A DNA stretch of 64,000 bases, taken from a virus. The notes under the pieces are model-generated. The model had not been told where the DNA came from and did not search any database. It saw only the letters and a list, made by a program, of their open reading frames with translations. The DNA is taken from positions 1-64,000 of IMG/VR virus record IMGVR_UViG_3300030118_004474; one strand, written 5' to 3'. The position numbers were made by a program, and so were the translations under genes. Below are positions 57,487 through 64,000 of the stretch, one piece after another. How positions within the stretch are numbered: position 1 is the first letter of the stretch; every line of letters starts with the position of its first letter.

Positions 57487-60400
57487 TGTTTAAGAAAAGT
57501 GCAGGTTTAATGTCTGAAGAGGAGGGACAGGCCCTAATAAATAAGTTTGATATTTATTTATTGCCGTTTGAGACAGATGTTAAGAATATTATTAGAAGTC
57601 AAGAAAGTTATGCGGCTGATTTTCCTTTTTTACGAACAAAACTTAAGATAGGGGGTGGTTCACATTTAGATATTTTAAATTATACTATTGACCCAAGAGA
57701 CTACAATATGTTAATGAGTATAAAGTCACGTGTAAAAACTAGATTATTTGTTAAATTAATGGGGGTCAACGAATTTAATTTAGAGTTATTTTACCACGAA
57801 GAAAAAATAATTTTTCCTATTCCTCTATTAAAAAAACTGGGATATAATACCAAATCTTCGCATGGAAGCGGAAGCATACTAAGAGAAGTTAATTTGCAAT
57901 ATGCTAACGAAGGACCTTCGGGTGCGGAAAAAGAAATAATATTAGAAAATATAGTTAATCACTTTGATTCTTCATTAGTTGACATATTTTCCGATGAAAG
58001 ATTTGAGGACCAAGTTCCTGTTGAAAAGAGACATTTTTCCTTTGAATTTGAAATAATTCGTGATAAATTTAATGTTCAGATTTCATACAACTATCGTGTG
58101 GTAACAGATAGTTTGACTAAATTGGTTAATGTTGATATTCCTAACGATTTTTACGAAGGATTGGAAAGGTATTTTACGCCTAAATCAATGAAATATTTAA
58201 GTAAAAAAATTCGCTCATTAATTAATAGAAGGGGAGATAGAAAAAGCGTAGAGGATTATATTAGGTCGGGTAATACCCCTGCCCGTTTATATTTTACAGA
58301 TAGTAATTCCCGTGTTACGATTAATGAAGACGTGCCGTATATTAACGATGCAATTTCCGTATATTTATTTCAAATTAAGGATATTATATTAGACTATTAT
58401 AAGGCCAAAGAAACTTTAAGTCCACCTAACCTCCCCGATAATTACTTTAGTAAGGTAAAAGAAAATTTTATACGTTCTCTAGATGTTTATTTTCAAACTA
58501 AAGGTTTTAGCCGCCCACTTACTATCGGTAGGCTAAAAAGTAACGTCATATCTAGGGAAATATCAACTATGTTAAATACTGTTATTTCTTCTAGTTTGCC
58601 GGGATTTTACACAAGTAGCGGAACCCAAAGGGGTTTTGACTTTATGAAAGCAGTACCCGAAGATATAAAATTCATGGAAAATATAATTCAAGATACAGAA
58701 AATAGTATAAAATTATCTGAACGTTATTTAGAATATACCATTCCTCCCGACGCACAACTAAGTCGTAGTGTTATATACGCATTACAAAATATTGGTCAGC
58801 CAATCATTAAGTCTAGCGGGACATCTAGAAAATTAGTAATTGAGCGAATACCACGCATATTTCATTTAACAGGCCCCGTTACAATGAGTGAAATTCTTTC
58901 ATATAAAGAACTTGAACAAATAGAAGGAAAAACACCGAGAGAATTAATGGAAGAATTAGTAAAAATAGTTATCCCTCTAGACAAAGTTTCAACTTTTTTT
59001 GAGGCTTTTGAAAGAGAAATTAAAGAAGTGGTAATGAAAGAAGGAGGAGCAAGTTTAAATGATGTTAACGAACCCCCCCTACAAGAATACCAAATTAATT
59101 TTTCAATAGATGAAGGATATGATTCTTATATTATAACCATGCGTATTAAGTCGCAAATAATCATTAGATTTCATTTTTCATATGACACCGTTAACAGCGA
59201 TGCTGGCCCCCCTCGGCCCAGAATTTTTCCTTATGTTTCAAATTTAACACTTGAAAAGGTTAGTGGGAGTTATATAAGATTAAAAACCCGTTCTAGAGAT
59301 TTTGAAATTGATATTAATGCTTCTTCTGATTTTTATTTAGAAGCAAGTAAGGCCGTACGAAGAATTTTAATACCTCAAAACTTTTTAATACAGCAAGAGA
59401 TTTTAGGCACAGACCGCAATCCCGCCGAAAGGTCTATTTCTTTCTTAAGAAATATTATTAAAGGTCTTGTGGGAAAGGCTGGTTCTCAATTTATAGAAGT
59501 AAAGCCATTTATTTATGATGCCTTAACTGGTGCAAGAAGGGGTCTTTACTTTGCTATTTCTGAATCTAGTCCCATTCATATTTATATTAGTGTAGATGAT
59601 AGAAAATCCGGAGCCGCCCGTGTATCGGGGGCCTATCCCAAAATAAAGGGTTCTGCATGTGTAGGAACATTTATGGTAGTTGATTCAAGAACAGACTATC
59701 TAGGCGCAGAGAAAATCAATTTAGATTTTAAAGGTAGAACTTATAATTTTTACATGACTAATTCCAGTTGTGTTAACTTAGACTTCCAATTAGGCATTGA
59801 CAGTATTGAAGGGGGAGAAAATTTAGATGCTTTAGGGACAATGATTCTTGCTGGTTCACAAACGGGAACAAGGTTTGGAGAAAAGATACCCGAAAATATA
59901 GCCGCATTTAGTAGACAAGCATATATTCCTTATAATGAACTTAAACCAACTTTTTCCGAGACACTCAGAACTGGTGGTAGTACTAAACTGGGTCTTAGTT
60001 TTAGTTTTGTGATTAAATTTTCTGATGAATCGTTATACCTTGTAGGTCCGGGCAGATACGATTTGGACTCACCCATCGGAACAATGAAGGGAATAAAAAA
60101 TTATATCATAGAAAATTATATTGAGGATTCAGATAAAAGGCAAAAACAATTTAATAAAGCGGGGCCTAGCAAAATATCAGAAATAAGTTCTTTTATTGAT
60201 TTGGATGATTTAGAAAGTATTTATGAGGACCTATCTGCTCAGTCTGAGGAACTCAGCCTAGAAAAATTCAAAGAACATATAGCCGATATGTTTTTATATA
60301 ATATTGAAAGAAATATGATGGAAAGTAAAATGTCTGACGCGTTTTCAGTTGTTCCCGAATCATCTATTGTGAGTTATAATGAGATGAAACAATTTGTTAA

Positions 60401-60560
60401 TATACACAAAGACGCAATCTATGATTTCCATTTAACTAAAACTGTGGGGTCCGATTACAGGACAGGTGATTTTGTACCTAGAGAACCAATGAGAGAAGGA
60501 TTGTTTAGTATGATAGAGAGAAGGAGAAGAAACCAAAGGAGAAGTGAACAAGATGAATGA
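57483..60560 (+). CDS. Large hypothetical protein in the head module
   Basis: 1025-aa ORF coupled to portal. Confidence 0.75.
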   Translation: MMFKKSAGLMSEEEGQALINKFDIYLLPFETDVKNIIRSQESYAADFPFLRTKLKIGGGSHLDILNYTIDPRDYNMLMSIKSRVKTRLFVKLMGVNEFNLELFYHEEKIIFPIPLLKKLGYNTKSSHGSGSILREVNLQYANEGPSGAEKEIILENIVNHFDSSLVDIFSDERFEDQVPVEKRHFSFEFEIIRDKFNVQISYNYRVVTDSLTKLVNVDIPNDFYEGLERYFTPKSMKYLSKKIRSLINRRGDRKSVEDYIRSGNTPARLYFTDSNSRVTINEDVPYINDAISVYLFQIKDIILDYYKAKETLSPPNLPDNYFSKVKENFIRSLDVYFQTKGFSRPLTIGRLKSNVISREISTMLNTVISSSLPGFYTSSGTQRGFDFMKAVPEDIKFMENIIQDTENSIKLSERYLEYTIPPDAQLSRSVIYALQNIGQPIIKSSGTSRKLVIERIPRIFHLTGPVTMSEILSYKELEQIEGKTPRELMEELVKIVIPLDKVSTFFEAFEREIKEVVMKEGGASLNDVNEPPLQEYQINFSIDEGYDSYIITMRIKSQIIIRFHFSYDTVNSDAGPPRPRIFPYVSNLTLEKVSGSYIRLKTRSRDFEIDINASSDFYLEASKAVRRILIPQNFLIQQEILGTDRNPAERSISFLRNIIKGLVGKAGSQFIEVKPFIYDALTGARRGLYFAISESSPIHIYISVDDRKSGAARVSGAYPKIKGSACVGTFMVVDSRTDYLGAEKINLDFKGRTYNFYMTNSSCVNLDFQLGIDSIEGGENLDALGTMILAGSQTGTRFGEKIPENIAAFSRQAYIPYNELKPTFSETLRTGGSTKLGLSFSFVIKFSDESLYLVGPGRYDLDSPIGTMKGIKNYIIENYIEDSDKRQKQFNKAGPSKISEISSFIDLDDLESIYEDLSAQSEELSLEKFKEHIADMFLYNIERNMMESKMSDAFSVVPESSIVSYNEMKQFVNIHKDAIYDFHLTKTVGSDYRTGDFVPREPMREGLFSMIERRRRNQRRSEQDE

Positions 60561-60729
60561 AAAAATTAAAGAAAAATTAGACGCTAAAAAACAACAGATT
60601 AAGAAAAAGGCCAAGGACCTATCAATGAACGTCCCTGAAGTTCCCCCCGATAACTGGGAAAAAACACCTAGTATTCCCGGTTTCATAGAGGGTGGTCCCA
60701 AAATGAGTAAAAAGTGGAAACAAGTTTGA
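60553..60729 (+). CDS. Small basic protein
   Basis: ORF in the operon. Confidence 0.5.
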   Translation: MNEKIKEKLDAKKQQIKKKAKDLSMNVPEVPPDNWEKTPSIPGFIEGGPKMSKKWKQV

Positions 60730-60738
60730 GGTGAAACT

Positions 60739-62490
60739 ATGAGTTTTATGAATCCGATATATGGTTTAAAAAGATTTATCTATGAAAAAAGACCACAAAC
60801 TACCGCTAAAGAAATGAATATGATAGTAGCGGAGGCTCAAAAATTTCAAAGAAAGGAATCATATCGTGGAGACATTTTAACACCCGATATAAGAAGATTT
60901 ATCACAAGACTACCCGAACCAATTAAAACTGTTAGTGTGGACTCATTGGTTGATAGATTACTACCTTATACTCAAGTTCAATCAACTAATCAGCGATATA
61001 ACTACAATACAGATGATGGTCCGAGAACTGATAATACAAGAAGACTTGATACGAGAATAGGAACTTCTACCAAGTATGTTTCATTCATACCCGATTTTGC
61101 TTTACAGGGAACTAATCAAGAAAAACCCGATGCCCACGCTACCTTAAGAGAGTTAGATGGTATTTATACAGACAAGGGAAATATTGTCATTGTTTCTATA
61201 TCAAGATTAGAAGAGGCTCTAAGAGCAGATATATTTAATAAAAAACTACAAGCGTTATATTCTAACGTAATAGAATCTTTACCAATTATTATAAATTTAA
61301 CCAGCACAAGAGATAAGAAAAATTTTCTAAGAAAATTAAATAATTTAAGTTCTGATGCTATGGAAATGAGAGAAAACTTTTCTTTAGAACCAACAACAGA
61401 AGAAGGACAAATGGAAAAGTTTAAGAAAAATTGGAATACTATAAAACAAAGAATAAGAGGTTTAATCCCAATAGGTAGGGTCCCCAATAGAGAAATTCTT
61501 AGTTCAATAGCAAGGTATCTTCGTAATGACTATAAATTATCACTATTGGCGGCTCCTCTTTTTACAGTAGGTAGTGCATTAGAAGAAGATTTAGAAGAAA
61601 GAGTTTCGGAGAGAGCCAGTAGTTTAACTTTCGGTGATTATATTTTTAAGGCTATTTTACAAGCCGAGGGAGTAAAGGCGTTTCAGAATATTTCATTAGA
61701 TAGTGATTATTCTCTTGAAGAAAGGGAGGATAGTTTCTTTGACAGAAAACCCGAAATAGCCGATAATAGACAACGGATTGAGCAACTCGCACTTCCGAAA
61801 TTTAATGGTAAAAGATTTGTATTTAGGAGTCCAAACGGGGACGATATTATTTACTATTCTAGTGGGGTTATTACTCCTGAACAAGTCAAAAGGAGACTAC
61901 CCGAAAGTTATGAATTGGACCGTGAGGAAATTATTGATAATGTGATGGAGTATCAAGACAAACAAAGAGCAGACGCCAAAAGAGAAGAAAGACTCAAAAG
62001 AAAACTATCCACTTCTGATGTTGGTATTAGTGAATTTTATGATAACTTAGATGCTTATGCCGAACAACTTAGAAGAAGAGAATCTAGAGGCGAGTATTTA
62101 AGTGATAGGGATAGTGAAGGTAGAGCAGTTTCACCCTCAATACAAAGGTTCATGCCATCAAAGTTTTACTTTCATCCGTTTGACTCTGATGTTGAACTTG
62201 ACCCGGAATTGTTCAAAATGAAAATTTCTGAACTTCCGGAGGATGAACGACGCAGAATTAAAACGTTCTTACAGGATGCAGAGCCGACAGAATATTTTGG
62301 TGAGGAATACCTTAAACTAACAAAACTTATAAATACATTGGCTGATGTAGTGGATTCAACGGAAGAGGAAGAGTTAGAGGATATGGATGTAGAAAATCTT
62401 AAACTCATTAAAAAGTTAGCCCACCTACGCAAAAGATATGAGAATCTTTATCAAGAAATTTACGGAATGGTATATGGGGAGGAAGAATAA
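60739..62490 (+). CDS. Hypothetical head-module protein
   Basis: GAGGTGA RBS; 583-aa ORF. Confidence 0.75.
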   Translation: MSFMNPIYGLKRFIYEKRPQTTAKEMNMIVAEAQKFQRKESYRGDILTPDIRRFITRLPEPIKTVSVDSLVDRLLPYTQVQSTNQRYNYNTDDGPRTDNTRRLDTRIGTSTKYVSFIPDFALQGTNQEKPDAHATLRELDGIYTDKGNIVIVSISRLEEALRADIFNKKLQALYSNVIESLPIIINLTSTRDKKNFLRKLNNLSSDAMEMRENFSLEPTTEEGQMEKFKKNWNTIKQRIRGLIPIGRVPNREILSSIARYLRNDYKLSLLAAPLFTVGSALEEDLEERVSERASSLTFGDYIFKAILQAEGVKAFQNISLDSDYSLEEREDSFFDRKPEIADNRQRIEQLALPKFNGKRFVFRSPNGDDIIYYSSGVITPEQVKRRLPESYELDREEIIDNVMEYQDKQRADAKREERLKRKLSTSDVGISEFYDNLDAYAEQLRRRESRGEYLSDRDSEGRAVSPSIQRFMPSKFYFHPFDSDVELDPELFKMKISELPEDERRRIKTFLQDAEPTEYFGEEYLKLTKLINTLADVVDSTEEEELEDMDVENLKLIKKLAHLRKRYENLYQEIYGMVYGEEE

Positions 62491-62714
62491 TGGAAGAAGT
62501 AGTAGAAATTATTAAGATGTTAATAACAAGAATTGAAAATTTAGAAACACAAGTAAAGGAAGCGAATATGAATTTGATGAAATCGGGTATTGTAGTTCAC
62601 ACTCCCCGACCATCAATGACAGTTTCAAACCCCGTCCCATCGGGAGACACAATCGCTAAAATGGATTGGGACGAACTAAACGAATTAGTAGGAAAATTGG
62701 AGGGTACAATATGA
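62490..62714 (+). CDS. Small coiled-coil protein
   Basis: GGAGG RBS; contains LMKS and IAKM motifs. Confidence 0.6.
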   Translation: MEEVVEIIKMLITRIENLETQVKEANMNLMKSGIVVHTPRPSMTVSNPVPSGDTIAKMDWDELNELVGKLEGTI

Positions 62715-63142
62715 GCATGATAGAAGAAAAACCAACAGATGATTTGAGAGATAGCCGAATGCTTTTAACAAGGCTTATTGAATTAGAAACTCATATCACA
62801 AACGCTCTTGGTCTTATGGCTGAAACTGGGGAGGAACGTCCATATAAAAAAGTAAAGCCCCAACTTAAGGATGTTATGGCTATGGCCGCAAAAGCAAAGC
62901 CCGGAACTATTTCCGAGGTTAAGAAAAGCCGTCAACACAAACTTTTGCCGGAATACATGGTCTATAAAAGCAAAGAAGAGGAGAGGGGCGAACCCCGTAG
63001 GGAAGATTCAGAACTACCGGAAGACTCCCAAGATAAGGATTTAGTAGCGGCCCTTGAAACAGCATTAGAAAAACTACGCAGGGCTAAACACACTTTGCGA
63101 GTTTCCGAAGAATCTGCATTTGTTCCCTCCGATGAAGCATAG
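62711..63142 (+). CDS. Hypothetical protein
   Basis: GGAGG RBS; ATGA coupling. Confidence 0.6.
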   Translation: MSMIEEKPTDDLRDSRMLLTRLIELETHITNALGLMAETGEERPYKKVKPQLKDVMAMAAKAKPGTISEVKKSRQHKLLPEYMVYKSKEEERGEPRREDSELPEDSQDKDLVAALETALEKLRRAKHTLRVSEESAFVPSDEA

Positions 63143-63152
63143 GGGGATAAAA

Positions 63153-64000
63153 ATGACAGTTGATTTTTTTTCAATCGCTAAGAATAAAGTTTCCTTGACT
63201 AATAAAATAAGGGCTACATATTTATCTGCCTTGGAGAATCCCAAGGCTTATGATTACGAATGGGAACAACTTGTAGTTGAATTAAGAAATCTTTTAAAAG
63301 ACCCAACATATCAAGAGATGTTTCCTAATTTAGAGACAGAAATTTTATATTCTGATAAAACCCTTGATGTTAAAGAGAAGAGAGCGAGACAAGTATATGA
63401 ATCTTGTATGAATAAACCTATGCTTGTAAAAGAAGACGAGGAAATGAAATCTTTTATTGAACCTAATAAACCAATGTATAGGATTTTTTCAATTGATGAT
63501 ATGAGAGAAATTAAGGGACTTACTGGTGAATATATTATTCAAGAAAAGTATGATGGGTTGCGTGTTCAAGTTCACAAGAAGGGTGATAAAATAACCATAT
63601 ATTCCTTTAGTGGAAGAGACATTACATCCAAGTTTCCCAAGTGCGTTAAATATTTAAAGGAAAAAGATACCAATAATTTTATACTTGATGGCGAAGCAGT
63701 TCTTTATAAAGACAACGAACCTTTAGTAAGGGCCGATACATTAGCCCATATAAATAAAAAGGTTGATTCAGAAGAGGATATTAAAATACATGTCTTTGAT
63801 ATTATGCACTACAAAGACAGTTCCGTTGCTATGGAAAAATTTGAAGATAGAATAAAAATTCTAATTGGAGAATTTAGTGGCCTTACAAATGAAGTAGTTC
63901 TTTTTCCCACGAAACAAAATACCCGTGAGGCAGACTCATATGATGAAATAGAAGAATATGCTATGGAAATTATGAAAAACCCAACCTCCGAAGGAGTCGT
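63153..64000 (+). CDS. lig: ATP-dependent DNA ligase, 3'-truncated (not in the ORF track)
   Basis: Manual translation: QEKYDGLRVQVHK (motif I), FILDGEAV (III), HVFDIM (IIIa), SEGV (start of IV). Confidence 0.88.
   Translation, partial: MTVDFFSIAKNKVSLTNKIRATYLSALENPKAYDYEWEQLVVELRNLLKDPTYQEMFPNLETEILYSDKTLDVKEKRARQVYESCMNKPMLVKEDEEMKSFIEPNKPMYRIFSIDDMREIKGLTGEYIIQEKYDGLRVQVHKKGDKITIYSFSGRDITSKFPKCVKYLKEKDTNNFILDGEAVLYKDNEPLVRADTLAHINKKVDSEEDIKIHVFDIMHYKDSSVAMEKFEDRIKILIGEFSGLTNEVVLFPTKQNTREADSYDEIEEYAMEIMKNPTSEGV

Overview
The whole window looks like part of a tailed dsDNA virus of archaea (Caudoviricetes), most likely a magrovirus infecting Marine Group II/Poseidoniales. This is inferred from the archaeal-type replisome, TFB and histone, the GGAGG/GGTGA ribosome-binding sites and the AT-rich marine-type composition. 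Layout: (i) 1-6.9 kb, + strand, tail, tail fibre and membrane genes; (ii) 7.0-35.4 kb, - strand, replication and host-takeover genes (DEDD exonuclease, MCM-like ATPase, ERCC4 nuclease, primase, Cas4-like nuclease, HNH, PolB, PCNA, RadA-like ATPase, RPA, RFC, GroEL/GroES, histone, TFB, class II RNR, tRNA-Leu and tRNA-Arg, DenV-like glycosylase); (iii) 35.4-39.1 kb, a strand-switch region with origin-like repeats and an array of gene modules; (iv) 39.3-64 kb, + strand, orphan and putative virion-internal proteins, terminase, LAGLIDADG protein, portal and a truncated DNA ligase. Most notable: (1) gene modules bounded by a palindrome, ACCATATGGT (5 copies), each module closed by its own perfect inverted-repeat pair and carrying acidic micro-ORFs and a probable structured RNA; (2) a dispersed but apparently complete viral ubiquitin-like system (Ubl ending GG-QN, E1, E2-like protein, JAB peptidase, AN1-like Zn finger); (3) ten otherwise unrelated proteins sharing an N-terminal W-x-x-h-h-K leader, possibly a capsid-targeting or cleavage signal. 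All calls come from reading motifs by eye; no searches were run.
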